Notes: generated by a model not told the origin, from the sequence alone. A stretch of DNA of 64,000 nucleotides from Eledone cirrhosa (GCA_964016885.1 OZ024757.1:37944001-38008000); one strand, 5' to 3'. Shown: positions 1-19,609, numbered from the stretch's first letter. Program-made: numbers and translations.

Positions 1-100
1 AATTTCGATTCTCTGACCAGGTGCAGGTTATATTCTTGAGCAAGACAATTTATTTAACGTTACTGCAGTCAACTCAGCTGGCAAAAATTAGTTGTAAAAG
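1..100 (+). mobile_element. SINE family B fragment
   Basis: CTTGAGCAAGACAATTTATTTAACGTTACTGCAGTCAACTCAGCTG. Confidence 0.55.
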
Positions 101-1137
101 AGCCAGCCTTGGCACACACTGTATCACACTGCATCACCAGCGAACTACTGAGTTTTACATGTAATTCAATCGAATCTCTCTGAGCACTATGGTAATGTTA
201 CACGCGTATGTGAAACGCTCAGCCACTTTCTTACACTGAAATCATCTTGAACACTCGTCGTTGGAAACGACGGAGGACCTCCATAAGACAAAATATTGCA
301 TCTTTATTTTCATATTTCTTTTAATTACATCCTTTCGAAAGATAAATGGCTGCAAATTGCTGAATTTTTCTACTGAGATATGAATAAGTCCGTGAAATTA
401 AGAAATGTCAACTGTCTTAGTAAACGAATTACGTTGAATTAACAAGGAAATCACCAGATATTTCCTATTAGAGAGAAAATGGTTTGTGAAATATGAAAGT
501 CATGTTTTTCTGTAATTAATGATTTTCATTGAATTAACATTTTCTACAAAGTTCTATAGCATTTCCTTAGAATACAAACATATAAAATATATGTATTCAC
601 TGTTGATTTTCCATTTCGTTTTGCCAGGATATGAAATATAGCTACAATTAAGCAATACTTATAATATAATTTTGCCTGTATATATAACAATTATATACGT
701 CTGTTGCCGAGGTCAACTTTGTCTTACTTAATCCTTCTATGGGTCGATACTATAAAGTACCATCATGTACGGGACTCTGTTTAAGCATCGTTCCCCTCCT
801 GCGTACTTTAGGATGAACATATTTCCCAGACAACTATATGAATTTTAGGATAGTATACTGTAATATAAGCAAAATCTGAGTGATATTTCTAACTTGCCGC
901 ATGTATTAATTAGTACAGCCAGCCTCTCCCCACATGTAAGGTCACGTGAATCTGCCTCAGTTTAACACTGCTATCACTGCCACACTGTGACGATTCACTT
1001 TGACTCTGGCAGTCTCTCGGATGACCCCCCCCCCCGTTGGTATTAGGACTGAACTCCACCTATGATTCGCCTCGTCTCTGTTGGTAATATAGTGTTTGTA
1101 ATTTTTTAGAAATGTCGTATGACGTCTGCGTGCAGTG

Positions 1138-1190
<53 letters not shown>

Positions 1191-1279
1191 CAATAATAAT
1201 AAATGTGAAGACTAAAATCCGAAGAGGGCTCGATAAGGATAATATATATATCAAAATATATAAAACAATAGAGCAAATA

Positions 1280-1355
1280 TTAACGGGCTCTTCTGAAGAT
1301 CCCGTTAAGGGTGAAAGTAGCGATTCTTTGCTTAAACTTTAATCTGTTATTCTAA
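1280..1355 (+). mobile_element. Family H3 copy truncated at the hammerhead core with a short fold-back
   Basis: CTGAAGATCCCGTTAAGGGTGAAAG...TTAATCTGTTATT matches 35465-35523. TTAACGGGCTCTTC (1280-1293) is an inverted copy of GAAGATCCCGTTAA. Followed by TA repeats. Confidence 0.7.
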
Positions 1356-1358
1356 TAT

Positions 1359-1428
<70 letters not shown>

Positions 1429-2059
1429 CTTTGTGTAATACTACTGCTTCTTAATTCTAGGCAGCCAGCGTTTGCCATCTAGAATGAAACCCACAATTTC
1501 TTCGAAGGGAGGCAAATTTGTGGGCCACCTTTAAACCTGTAGTTATATTTGTAAAAAACCTTCATGAAACTATGTCTAAGAAGTCTGAATATCTATCCAA
1601 CAGAATTTAACTAATCAAACATTTATATCAGAATTATGTTACTACTTCTCAGTGAATTGAGCTTAGTTTAAAATTAACACCAGATAGGTTAAGATATTGC
1701 GTGCCATTTTTCTTACACGTGGACATTATTAATCTTTAGGTATACTATCACGCAATCACCGCGGGGTATCTGTAGAAATCGATTAATAAATATTTAATGA
1801 GAAAACGCAATTAATCTTGATGTGAAGAAAATGACGTAGTGTACTTGTAACGTACAACTTCTGCTAATTACTGAAACTCTCAGCGCAGAAGAATATCCGA
1901 TTCCCACATTACAATCACTTATCGAATTTCCTCGTCTGTAAGTTGTTTACATTAATTCATGATACTTTTAATTAATATTATTGTCAAGATTTGTCTGTTA
2001 AATTATTCCAGTGAAGTTTTAATATAACAGCTGTTTCAATAAGTTCCCACCGCAGTAGT

Positions 2060-2450
2060 AACCGTTTCTCACAAGTATCTCCAAGTACCGGTCGCTCTCC
2101 GACAGGTTGGTGGTCGTGCCCTTGGCAGGGGATACTTCTGATGTCCTTGGCCCTAGGGCTACCTCCCTACTCTCCACCATAGGCGCTGAGCTGGACATCC
2201 GCAGGTGTGCGCCTCGTCAGATCGAATGGCTTTTCCAACGCATCCCCATTGCCATCCTCCAGGAAAAGGCCTTCTCCATTCTGCCCGCTTTGGGGTAGCC
2301 ACCACGTGGGACCCCATTTTCTCACCATACAGAGAGATGGGGAGGGCGAGAGAGATGGGGACGATGACGGTGGGAGTTCGACTCTTCCGTGTTCGGACAC
2401 ACTGCGTCTTTCAAGTGTATATTTTCATACTTGTGACGAATATTGGTCGA
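2060..2450 (+). mobile_element. Degenerate 3' fragment of a CRE-clade non-LTR retrotransposon
   Basis: SKYRSLSDRLVVVPLAGDTSDVLGPRATSLLSTIG...WLFQRIPIAILQEKAFSIL resembles the CRE C-terminus (KY...FVPLAVETxG.WG...FLFQRLSVAIQRGNA). The 3' UTR segment recurs reverse-complemented at about 56160-56198. Confidence 0.7.
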
Positions 2451-2775
2451 TAATTAAAATACGAGTCGAATACTGGGTCAATTCTCTCACAAGACTTAAT
2501 ACATATCAAGTACATGGAAGCTACGAAAAGATTCAACAACAGAAACCTCTAGCAGTTTTACATCTTCCCTTGTCTCTTCTCTTCGTTTTTGTTTTCTTGT
2601 GCATAATCTGCCTCAACTCATATTTGAAATTTTATTAATGTTATTAAAATTTTCCTCCATTACAGTTTTCCTTTTAAATTTCTATTTGAGCTTTTATGTT
2701 TTTTTAGTTATATTTATCTTTTTTTATTACTTATCTCACCAGCTTATTTTGATTACCAACTGAAAGGAGCACTAG

Positions 2776-3000
2776 ATACTTTCCCAAGGCTATGATTGCC
2801 TATTAGTTCTATACGGACTTTTGAAATGAATAAATAAATGACTAAATTACTCGATACTTCACCTAGGCTGTGCTGGCTTACTATCTCTATACGGACGTCT
2901 ACATTGAATAAATCAATAAATAGATAAATAAATTACTCGATGCTTCCCCTAGGCTGTCGTCGCTTACTAGTTCTATACGGACGTTTACATTAAGTAGATA
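2776..3000. repeat. Tandem repeat, unit about 80 bp, 3 copies
   Basis: GATACTT..C.AGGCT...CTATACGGAC recurs at about 2776, 2853 and 2939. Confidence 0.8.
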
Positions 3001-3407
3001 CATACATAGATAAATAAATCTATATGATCTTCACGTTATTTCAGCTGTGACACGAATAGATATGAAGATATCTGTCAAGGTTTTTATATTTACAATGCCT
3101 ACTCAAAAACGCAAATCCGCTATACTCCAATGCTATACTCCACAAAAACGAAAAAAAAAACGACAAAACTGAAACGACGACAACAACAACAACAGCAAGA
3201 TACTAACAAATGTTTGTATGTTGAGTTGTAAGATCACAAAACAACACATATTTTTACCTATTCATTTCATAATTGAAACGACAATGCCATCCAATTTGTT
3301 CCTGGCGTGATGTAGGTAGCACGACATCAAACAAATAGACACAATACTACAAGTCTCAATGATATTATTTATTATACCATGGCTATAAAACATTACAATG
3401 GTGCTTG

Positions 3408-3487
<80 letters not shown>

Positions 3488-3652
3488 TATATATACATAT
3501 ATATATATATACATAAATACGTATATATATATATATATATACATTTATATATACATGTATATATATATACATATATATATGTATATATATTATATATATG
3601 TGTATATATATATATATACATATATATATGTCTATATATTATATATATGTGC

Positions 3653-3747
<95 letters not shown>

Positions 3748-4209
3748 CACATACATATGCTTATATATACAAAAATAGAATAAAGGACACAGTGAAAGAG
3801 ATGGTGAGGAAACAGAAAGAAATTTAATGAGACAAATATTGGTATAACATCCTTTATGATACTAGGTGTCAGTACTATCAAAGAACTGCTTTGTTTGGTC
3901 ACCTTCTATATTCATACACTACATAAGTCAAGTATCTTTATTGAAACGAAAGACGAGATAAAATGGATATAAATTCCACTAAGAAAAATCCAAATAATAA
4001 AAAGATATATAAGGAATGTTGTAAGGAAATTAATACCACCAGTATTTCTATACATGTCTAATGAAATCTCGACTTATTAACAATGTGGAGCAGGGTTTCT
4101 CGTGCAAGTCATGTCATGAACAATTGGAGAAGAAATATATATATATAAAGATCTTAGGAGAAGTAATCTTACTTAGAATTCATAGAGATAAAGATGGTAC
4201 TTTGTTATT

Positions 4210-4913
4210 TATATGTATGTATATATATATATGTATATGTATATATATATATGTATATATATATATGTATATATATATATGTATATATATATATGTATAT
4301 ATATATATGTATATATATATGTATATATATATGTATATATATATGTATATATATATATTTATATATATATGTATATATATATGTATATATGTATATATAT
4401 ATGTATATATATATGTATATATATATGTGTATATATATATGTATATATATATGTATATATATATGTATATATATATGTATATATATATGTATATATATAT
4501 GTATATATATATGTATATATATATGTATATATATATGTATATATATATGTATATATATATGTATATATATATGTATATATATATGTATATATATATATGT
4601 ATATATATATATGTATATATATATATGTATATATATATATGTATATATATATATGTATATATATATATGTATATATATATATGTATATATATATATGTAT
4701 ATATATATATGTATATATATATATGTATATATATATATGTATATATATATATGTGTATATATATATATGTGTATATATATATATGTGTATATATATATAT
4801 GTGTATATATATATATATGTGTATATATATATATGTGTATATATATATATGTGTATATATATATATGTGTATATATATATATGTGTATATATATATATGT
4901 GTATATATATATG

Positions 4914-4945
<32 letters not shown>

Positions 4946-4972
4946 TATGTGTGTATATATATATATATATAT
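4210..4972. repeat. (TA)n array with regular G interruptions
   Basis: ATATATATGT-type units of 10-14 bp. Confidence 0.95.
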
Positions 4973-4973
4973 G

Positions 4974-5820
4974 TTTTCTCTTTCTCTTAATTTCGAGTAT
5001 ATTTTTTTGACCGGCCACCTTCCTGGTGGCAAGGTTGTAAAAGAAAAGAAATTGTCATCCCTTGAATCGCAAGAATGTTTTGCAAATTTTGAAGGTGCCA
5101 GCTATCGCAGCCATTTGTAGACTATGAATTAGGGAGCTGCGCTTTTTGTCCGCAAATCCAAGTTCAGTCATACTTTGGTCCAAGCGGGTTGGTATATAAC
5201 CCGTAGCACCAATAATGATGGGTATGAAGCTAAAGGTGTATCTTGGATACTGGATTTGTAAACTCCTCATCAATGGTCCGTAGATGTCCTCCTTCTCCTG
5301 TATTTTTCTGACAACGTTTACATCAAGTGGGCAGCTGATCTCCACAACAGAACACGTTTTCAATGTGTGGTCCCAAACTACAATATCAGGCCGGTTGTGC
5401 TTTAATTTGGTGGCAGTTTTTATTTTCAGGTTCCACCAGTATTCCTTAGTGCCATCTGTCTCAATATATTCTTCCTCGTTTGTTGTTAATTTTGTTTTCC
5501 GAAGTGCGTTCCAGATGGTTCTAGCTATCCCATCGTGTCTCATGGGGAGGTAGTAGCGAGATGACATTCTTTCGCAGCTGGCAACAATGTGGCTTACATC
5601 CTCGATCTTTGTTTTACATAGCCTACTTTTATTGTCAGCTGCTGGCCCTCCTCTTTTGTGCAGCAGATATTTGGTAGGGAGTTCTTGTTCCTGTATTGCA
5701 TAGAGATATCCCTCAAGGTGTGATGTCATAAACTTGTCGGAACTCCATGCCAGGCTTTTTGAGTGGTTTATCCCCTCTATGGTCTGTGTTTTATGCCTCA
5801 AGTATCCATGCACAACTTTG
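4974..5820 (-). mobile_element. 5'-truncated R4/Dong-like non-LTR retrotransposon inserted in (TA)n
   Basis: An open frame ending at 5055 plus a 3' UTR of about 80 bp; TA arrays on both sides. Confidence 0.85.
5055..5813 (-). pseudogene. C-terminal part of a LINE ORF: CCHC zinc knuckle plus restriction-like endonuclease (PD-(D/E)xK)
   Basis: KVVHGYL, EGYLYAIQEQ, SRLC...EDVSHIVASC (first Cys changed to Ser), RHD, WWN, HNRPDIVVWD, VVEISCP, K...Y, FIPIIIGATG. No reverse transcriptase core is present. Confidence 0.88.
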
Positions 5821-6203
5821 TATATATATATATGTATGTCTGTATATATATATGTATGTATATATATATATATGTATGTAATATAAGATCAAAAGATGGT
5901 TAAAGGAGTTCCATGTATTTTATTATGCGCATTTCAAAAACAAACATCATCATGCAATAATATTTGTGTTTTCATCAGATAAAACAGGAGAACATGATAT
6001 GAAGGCTAAAAAACACTTGTGGATAGTGCAGTTTTAAATCAATATATGTATGTATATATATATGTATGTATATATATACGTATGTATATATATATATATG
6101 TATGTATATATATATATGTATGTATATATATATATATATATATGTATGTATATATATATATATATGTATGTATATACATATCTTTATATGTATGTATATA
6201 TAT

Positions 6204-6606
6204 GATGACCCCTTAGCCTTTGTCAAGGCAGAATTCTAGGAGAAGGAAAACTCTGATATAACACATGCAATTCCGATGGTATCCAATGATGTTGACTTGT
6301 TCTTCTTTTTGGTAAATATCATCTTGGTTAAGAGAGTGGGACTGGCTTTGTGCAGTGCCTTTGCTCACTATAAAAGCTTCACAGCACAGGCATTGCTTTA
6401 TATCTGGAGATCTCCCTGCACTTGTCATCACATGGTACCATGGGCTCAGCACTATGTGTCAATAATTGTCACAAGTGTAGTGTTTGTACCAGAGTTTTCA
6501 AGTCACTGGCTGGACTAAAAAGTCACACTCGTTCAGCGCATCGGTAGGAGTTCTCCTACTCGGATATAAAGTAGTGGCCGTACTCGAAAACGAGTTGGCA
6601 GCCACC
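6204..6606 (+). mobile_element. RTE-derived retroposon copy
   Basis: Highly similar to 9778-10180 with the same 3' end. Confidence 0.85.
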
Positions 6607-6826
6607 ATGTGTATGTATATACATATCTTTATATATATATACAAATATATATATGCTTGTGTGTCTGTGTGGGTATATATATATATATATATATGAATAT
6701 ATACATGTTTGTGTGTCTGTGTGGGTATATATATATATATATATATATATATGAATATATATTTAAGTATATGAATATATTTATATATATGAATATATAT
6801 ATATGAATAGATATTTATGTCTATGA

Positions 6827-6857
<31 letters not shown>

Positions 6858-7121
6858 TATAAGAAATCAGATACAATAGTGACATATACAGAGACACTTA
6901 ACTTCCGATGGGTTATATACGCCAACACTTTCAGCCTTTGATATAATATAAATATGCCTACATCTATTAGTTGAATTGAGGTTTTTAGAGAACACATAAG
7001 ACTTCTTTACGGAAAGTAGCTTTGAATTTAGCTATTAATTATTTAGGGGGAGGATGTTTCTAATATTAATATATATTTTCCAATATATATATATATATAT
7101 ATATACATATATATACACATA

Positions 7122-7189
<68 letters not shown>

Positions 7190-7409
7190 TTTCCTTCAAT
7201 CGTAATAGCAAACCTCTTTTTTTTTTTTTAAACAATTGTGATAATTATTTATATATACCTGGCATCTAAACTTAACGGTTCTTTTCAGTTTTAACGTTAA
7301 CCCCATTAGCATATTCATCCCGAGTTTTGAACATTTATTCACTATCTACATTGAACTCATAACATTAAGTTCATATGTCGATATGTCACTATCTAAAAAC
7401 CAAATATTG

Positions 7410-7470
7410 TATTTTATCTGACGATAGCATACCAAAATACTGGTATCCTTGAAATATGTATAATAAAATA
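7410..7470 (+). ncRNA. Minimal type I hammerhead motif, family H2
   Basis: TATTTTAT-CTGACGA-...ATACCA/TGGTAT stem II (base degenerate)...-GAAA-TATGTAT-A-ATAAAATA. Stem I is a perfect 8 bp; stem III is near-palindromic. Confidence 0.7.
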
Positions 7471-7597
7471 ATTATGGTTTTATAAAGATATTTTCCATTC
7501 ATTAATATTATTGATATTATACTAAAAAAAAACTGTTGAGTGCTTCTATCTGTTATAAATTAACTTTGTTGAGTAATCATCAAATTAAATCACTCAT

Positions 7598-7663
<66 letters not shown>

Positions 7664-7764
7664 GGTGTCTATGTGTGTGCATGTCGTGTTTTATTTGAAG
7701 GCTGCAGCAATGAAAATAGGGCATTAAATGTTAAGAATAATGAGAACAAAATTGGTGGATTTAA

Positions 7765-7958
7765 TTACATACACACACACACACAGACACACGCACACAC
7801 ACGCACACACACACACACATACATACATACATGCATGCATACATACATACATACATACATACATACATACATACATACATACATACATACATACATACAT
7901 ACATACATACATACATACATACATACATACATACATACATACATACATACATACATAC
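7765..7958. repeat. (CA)n followed by (TACA)n
   Basis: Direct reading. Confidence 0.95.
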
Positions 7959-8242
7959 GTTTCGGCGAGTAGAAATTAGCGAAACGCAACTTCCGAATTA
8001 TGTTGGCGAGCGCTCAATGGATATGAATATAACAGAGCTATGAACATAATTTAAAAAGGCCATACAAAACTGAGACGATGGTTAAGAAACCATTAGCCAC
8101 CTAAGCCAAAAAAGCGACCAAGCTAAGTGGGTGAAACAAAATAAGATATAATTGAAATATTTACTCGGACCTTCGGGAGTGATGGTATAATCCGATATAG
8201 GGTTTCTGCGACACCTAAATCAATAATACTGTAAGCTTTTGG

Positions 8243-8294
<52 letters not shown>

Positions 8295-8900
8295 CATGTT
8301 AATGTTTCTATATCCCTCTATAAGTAGGACTAAACACACTATTTAAAACGTTAATGGCGTACAGCGTTTGTAATATGTTACACGACACGTGATTACGATG
8401 TGACTGTCAGATTGGAAGTGTTTTTAATTTAGATTTACAAACGTAAAAATAGATTGTCTTTGTGAAATATTCAATGTTTTTCATTTGACATACACTTATA
8501 TTTTTTTTATGTAAATTATATTATATCTCATTTTATTTTATTTTATTTATTTTATTTCATTTTATTTTATATTGTTTTATATTATGTTATTATGTTATAG
8601 TTTTTCCTAATTTGTTTTTCCTTCTACATATTTATTTCAATTTAGTTTGTTTAGATTTTTCATTTATTCTCTTTCTTTAAATAGAAAAAAGATTAAACGA
8701 AACAAAAAAAATCAAGATTAAAAAAACATCCATACGCATAACCCCCCCCCACACACACACATATATACATATATATATATACTCACATACACAAATGTAT
8801 ATTTACATATATATGTATATATATATACATATGTAAATATACATGTCTATATATGTATAAAAATACAAATATATATATATATATATGAGACACACACACG

Positions 8901-8955
<55 letters not shown>

Positions 8956-9618
8956 TTCACACGCACGCATATAAATATATATATGTGTGTGTGTTAAGAG
9001 AGAGGGGGGAAGAACGAGAGGGAGACGAATACAAAACAAAATAGTTATTTATTTATTGAATTTATTTAGTTCCTCTCTTCTGGGTCATATTTATTTCAAT
9101 TTGTATTATATTGTAATGTTTTCCCTACTCCTTGTATTACAATCTCATTTACTGGAGACAGACACACAAAAATAATCAAACACAGTTCACTGAATTGAAT
9201 TTGAGAATCAGATTAACGTTTTATTGCTTCTTATTTAAATTTTGTCGGTTTTATTTTAATTTGTAGGTTATTATAGTATTTGGTTGTGGTGTGGTTGCTG
9301 GTGGTGTTGCTGGCTGTGGTGGTGTTGTTGGTGGTGGTGTTGGTGGTGATGGTGTCGTTGGTTGTGGTTTGTTGGTGTGGTGTTGGTGGTGATGGTGTTG
9401 TTGGTTGTGGTGATGCTGGTTCTCGGTTGGTAGTCTTGTTGGTGTTGTTGGTTGTTGTGTTGTTGGCTGGTGGTGTTAGTGGTGATGTTGGTTGATGATG
9501 GTGGTGTTAGTGGTGATATTGGTTGATGGTGGAGCTGTTTTTGGTTGTTGTTGTTATTTTTTCTGCTAGATTATTTACAAATTTATTTCTTTCAATGTCT
9601 GTCTGTCTTTTTGTTTGC

Positions 9619-9650
<32 letters not shown>

Positions 9651-9710
9651 GTATGTATATATGTGTGTATATATATACATATATACATATATACATATAT
9701 GTGTGTATAT

Positions 9711-10180
9711 AAAAACAAAATCTATCAAAGGGCAAAGGAGCTCTTCAGAGTCAATGGCCATCCAAAATCACCGAGAGAGATGACCCCTTAGCCTTTGTCA
9801 AGGCAGAATTCTAGGAGAAGGAAAACTCTGATATAACACCTGCAACCCTGATGGTATCCAATGATGTTGACTTGTTCTTCCTTTTGGTAAATATCATCTT
9901 GGTTAAGAGAGTGGGACTGGCTTTGTGCAGTGCCTTTGCTCACTATAAAAGCTTCACGGCACAGGCATTGCTTTATATCTGGAGATCTCTCTGCACTTGT
10001 CGTCACATGTACCATGGGCCCAGCACTATGTGTCAATAATTGTCACAAGTGTAGTGTTTGTACCAGAGTTTTCAAGTCGCTGGCTGGACTAAAAAGTCAC
10101 ACTCGTTCAGCGCATCGGTAAGGGTCCTCCTACATGGATATAAAGTAGTGGCCGTACTCGAAAACGAGTTGGCAGCCACC
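9711..10180 (+). mobile_element. Longest copy of a short non-autonomous RTE-derived retroposon
   Basis: RTE 5' UTR-like motif CTAGGAGAAGGAAAACTCTGA; 3' part encodes CSVCTRVFKSLAGLKSHTRSAHR-stop (10050-10121); terminal stem-loop GTGGC..CTCG-AAAA-CGAG..GCCAC followed by (AT)n. Confidence 0.8.
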
Positions 10181-10211
<31 letters not shown>

Positions 10212-10230
10212 AATACATAAATGGAAACAT

Positions 10231-10277
<47 letters not shown>

Positions 10278-10934
10278 ATATATACATATATATAGTGGGA
10301 GAATCAACGAGAAAAAGAGATATAGATGTAAGAATGAGATTGATAGATAGATAAACAAACATACAGAGATGAAACACAGAGAGAAAGAGATAGAGAGAGA
10401 GAGAGAGCTGTATACATACACCTTTACATATTTCTCGAATGAACTAAATAACCATACACACATATAAACGAATATTGATATACACATTTTTGGATAGGAG
10501 AAACTAATTTTTCTTTCAAACATTTTTTTATTAAAAACATGATTGTTTTAAAATTTCTGATTTCCTTTATTAATTACCAATAGTACTCACACAGCAAAAT
10601 GTAGAGCAAAGATGTTTATGAATCCATATGTAATACGTTTATATTAAATAAACATAAATGATTCAGTGGCTAGTTAAGCTTGGCTAATTCATCTATTTCA
10701 TAGTCATTATCCTTCTTCAGCAGTCACATACGTTAATCTAGTTGCCAAGGAAGGAAAGTCAATACCATTTTATAGATATTGAAAATAAACTAGACCTGTT
10801 AAATTAACTAATACCTTAACATTTCACACAAAGTAAAATATTTTGTTTTAAACATTTTCTAACCCAGAAAAAAGAGAAAGAAAGAAAGGAAAAAATATAT
10901 TTTTCCTCCTAATAATCGTCTTTTTCTCCCTATG

Positions 10935-12740
<1,806 letters not shown>

Positions 12741-12902
12741 GAAAGTTTTATTTAAATTGTTGGGTTAACAACGAGTAAATATTTATAACTGATATAAAAG
12801 CACTCAACTGTCCATAATATTTTTACTGCCAAATCAACTTCCCAAATGCAAGTCGATTGAAAGGTATGTCGTATCTATTTATTTATAAGACTGTTTATAT
12901 TG

Positions 12903-12968
12903 TATTTTGTCTGAAGAAGGCATAACATATTGTTAATATGATATCCCTGAAATATATATAATGAAATA
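12903..12968 (+). ncRNA. Minimal type I hammerhead motif, family H2
   Basis: TATTTTGT-CTGAAGA-AGG...CCT-GAAA-TATATAT-A-ATGAAATA. Stem I has 8 pairs including two G-U; followed by the family tail AAATATGGTTTTATAAATATAGTTTCCATTTATTTAATATCAT and then TA repeats. Confidence 0.72.
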
Positions 12969-13095
12969 AATATGGTTTTATAAATATAGTTTCCATTTAT
13001 TTAATATCATATACATATATATATATACATATATATATATATAGAAAGGATGAATATAAAATGAAAGCCCATTATTGATAACCTGAAATTTTATA

Positions 13096-13178
<83 letters not shown>

Positions 13179-13179
13179 T

Positions 13180-13233
<54 letters not shown>

Positions 13234-13346
13234 CATATATATATACATATATATATACATATATATATACATATATATATACATATATATATACATATAT
13301 ATATATACATATATATATACATATATATATATACATATATATATAC

Positions 13347-13383
<37 letters not shown>

Positions 13384-13453
13384 CATATATATATATATAC
13401 ATATATGTATACATATATATATATATACATATATATATACATATATATATATG

Positions 13454-13501
<48 letters not shown>

Positions 13502-13507
<6 letters not shown>

Positions 13508-13741
13508 ATGTTGAAAAGGTAGCACACCAGAGAGAGATATACAGTGCGCTATCAATAAATGGTTATAGATTCCATACACTGGTGTTTTTTTCCCTGTTTT
13601 ATTGATAGCGCACTGTATATCTCTCTCTGGTGTGTTACCTTTTCAACATATTGTATTTTAAAGAGCTTGGTATTTCTTCTCCTTTGAGCACATTATTTAC
13701 AGGGAATGGCGAGGGCCTATGGCTCCGTTAAATTATCGTGG
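13502..13741 (+). mobile_element. 5'-truncated family H1 copy with an inverted duplicated segment at its 5' end
   Basis: 13502-13559 is the near-perfect reverse complement of 13598-13655; 13561-13741 matches 26585-26765 (minus); TA repeats flank both sides. Confidence 0.75.
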
Positions 13742-13759
13742 TATAAATATATATATATA

Positions 13760-13798
<39 letters not shown>

Positions 13799-13799
13799 T

Positions 13800-13835
<36 letters not shown>

Positions 13836-13875
13836 CATTCATATATATATATACATATATATATATATACATATT

Positions 13876-13907
<32 letters not shown>

Positions 13908-14048
13908 CATTCATATATATATATATACATACATATATATATATATATATATACATATATATACATATATATACATACATACACACACACGCATACATAT
14001 ATATATACACACATACATACATATATATATACACACACATACACACAC

Positions 14049-14083
<35 letters not shown>

Positions 14084-14687
14084 TATATGTGTGTGTGACT
14101 GTGTGAGTGTGTAAGTGTACAACCATATAACCACTTCAAGGAATTGCAATTAGGTAGACGAGAATCTGCGAAATAATTTCCCCCAAGACACCATTGCTAT
14201 TAGTTACTAAACGTACATCGATTTACTGCGACATATAATTTTATCTTGAATTTAAGACTCAAGGATGTTGCTAATGATTTAGCATCTGTTAGTCACGAGG
14301 TTTGGTCGAATTTATTACATCCGAAAGCAATTGCTTTCATAATCAATATTCGATCTTTTCCCAAAGTATATGTAATCTTCATATTCATGAAAAATTTCGA
14401 CAATTTTTTGAAGTCTCCTTAAAATCAGTCTTTAGAAAATGCTGAGTTGCTACATCAGCTATGTGTGATAAAATATCTTGTTTGTTGTTTCTTTTGGAAT
14501 ACCAAGCACAAATATCAATAATGCGTTGACAAATAGTTTTATTCATTTATAAGTCAGTTAAACTATGTTACACCATAGTCTATCTTACGTAGATATTGCA
14601 AACATAGAAGTCGTAAGAAATATGTGAACTGTAAGTATGTCAAATGTATTTCTCTCCTAAATATAGATTTTAAAGTATACCCTTTTC

Positions 14688-14894
14688 TTTAAATCCATCA
14701 ACCAATGACCTCCACACATCCCAAACACAACCCTATCCTACCACTAGAAAAGGTATAAATACTACCATATTACTTCGAGAGTCGGATTTCTGATGATTTC
14801 TCCCGTAGAAGCCATTTTTGTATTAAATATTTATACACTTCTATGTATTGAGTAACTTACTGTGGTTACCAGCGATTAACCTGGGATAAACTTA
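14688..14894 (+). mobile_element. Family H4 copy, hammerhead with an internal deletion of about 21 nt
   Basis: Intact CTGATGA at 14790 followed by TTTCTCCC|GTAGAAGCC. Upstream sequence is homologous to 31689-31800; the 3' end is homologous to 28580-28640. Confidence 0.6.
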
Positions 14895-14902
14895 TATGTT
14901 TA

Positions 14903-14909
<7 letters not shown>

Positions 14910-14935
<26 letters not shown>

Positions 14936-15511
14936 TTATATATTTATATATATATATTTATATTTATATATATATATATTTATATATATATATTTATATA
15001 TATATATTTATATATATATATTTATATATATATATTTATATATATATATTTATATATTTATATTTATATATTTATATATATATATATGTATATATATATA
15101 TGTATATATATATATTATATATATATATGTATATATATATATGTATATATATATATTTATATATATATATATTTATATATATATATTTATATATATATAT
15201 TTATATATATATATATTTATATATATATATATTTATATATATATATATTTATATATATATTTATATATTTATATATATATATTTATATATATTTATTTAT
15301 ATATATATATATATTTATTTATATATATATTTATTTATATATATATATATATTTATTTATATATATATATTTATTTATATATATATATATATTTATTTAT
15401 ATATATATATTTATTTATATATATATATATATTTATTTATATATATATATATATTTATTTATATATATATATTTATTTATATATATATATATATTTATTT
15501 ATATATATATT

Positions 15512-15583
<72 letters not shown>

Positions 15584-15585
15584 GA
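14910..15585. repeat. (TA)n array with TTT interruptions
   Basis: Direct reading. Confidence 0.95.
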
Positions 15586-16257
15586 TATGGATATATTAAC
15601 CCGCGTGTATTAAATATATTACTCTTAATTTGGCCAGAGATTTACATTCCCAAATGTCTTTTAAGGCGTAACTTTCCGTATTTGTTACAGTTGTGAGATA
15701 TTGTTCGTTATTCAGGTATCACTTCCCTGTTTTTAGCCTAAGAAAATATCTATATGCGTGTGTAATTAATACACGCATACATTTATTTTTAAAAAATTAA
15801 TTGAGTTCTTAACACGAAGGATGGATAATGTTTTTGAAAAAACTAATTAACCCACGTGTATATTATTTTTTTTTTCTCGTGACTCGTGATTGTCTCCCTT
15901 TCCCGCTTCATGACGCTATGATACTTCCTCAGTCAAAGGATTGCTGGAATTTCAAATTTGGCGGTCATTCGATGCGTGAAGGGACAAATTAGCAGACACG
16001 AAAATTAACTGCGGTAAGAAATTGTTCTTATATCAAAGTTTAATGGGCTTCCACTGACGATTTATAAGTGCCCACCTAATTGTATTCTTACATGAACATA
16101 TATTAGGCTTCTACATAAACTGGAAATATTCTCCCAACTTGTAGAATACTTATAATGAAACAATTGTTCGGAAAGAGAGATCTATTTTAATTTTAATTAT
16201 AACTCATAAAATAATACAACTGGCTTTCCACAAAATACATATAGTTGGCACCCCAGA

Positions 16258-19413
<3,156 letters not shown>

Positions 19414-19417
19414 CATT

Positions 19418-19609
19418 GTGGATTGGCAGTACCGGTAGAAGTTCGGACGCCATGTTTTGCACCACAGTTTTGCCCCTTTACGAACTGAGTTCAAATCCCG
19501 CCGAGTTTAACTCCGCCTTTCATCCTTACGGGGTCGATAAAATAAAGTACCAGTAATGTACTGGGTAATTGCTGGCCTTGTGCCAAAAGTAGAAACAATT
19601 ATTATTATT
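19418..19609 (+). mobile_element. tRNA-derived SINE family A
   Basis: A-box-like TGGCAGTACCGG, B-box GAGTTCAAATCC, body TTTCATCC..GGGTCGATAAAATAAAGTACCAG, (ATT)n tail. Confidence 0.8.

Noticed and set aside
1109-1138. GAAA-TGTC-gtat-GACG-TC resembling a hammerhead stem III
   Set aside because: No CUGANGA or matching stem I upstream.
2776-3000. Regularly spaced repeats resembling a CRISPR array
   Set aside because: Whole units are similar with no unique spacers, there are no cas genes, and the context is eukaryotic.
9930-10121. Host C2H2 zinc-finger gene
   Set aside because: A single finger within a multicopy retroposon 3' end.
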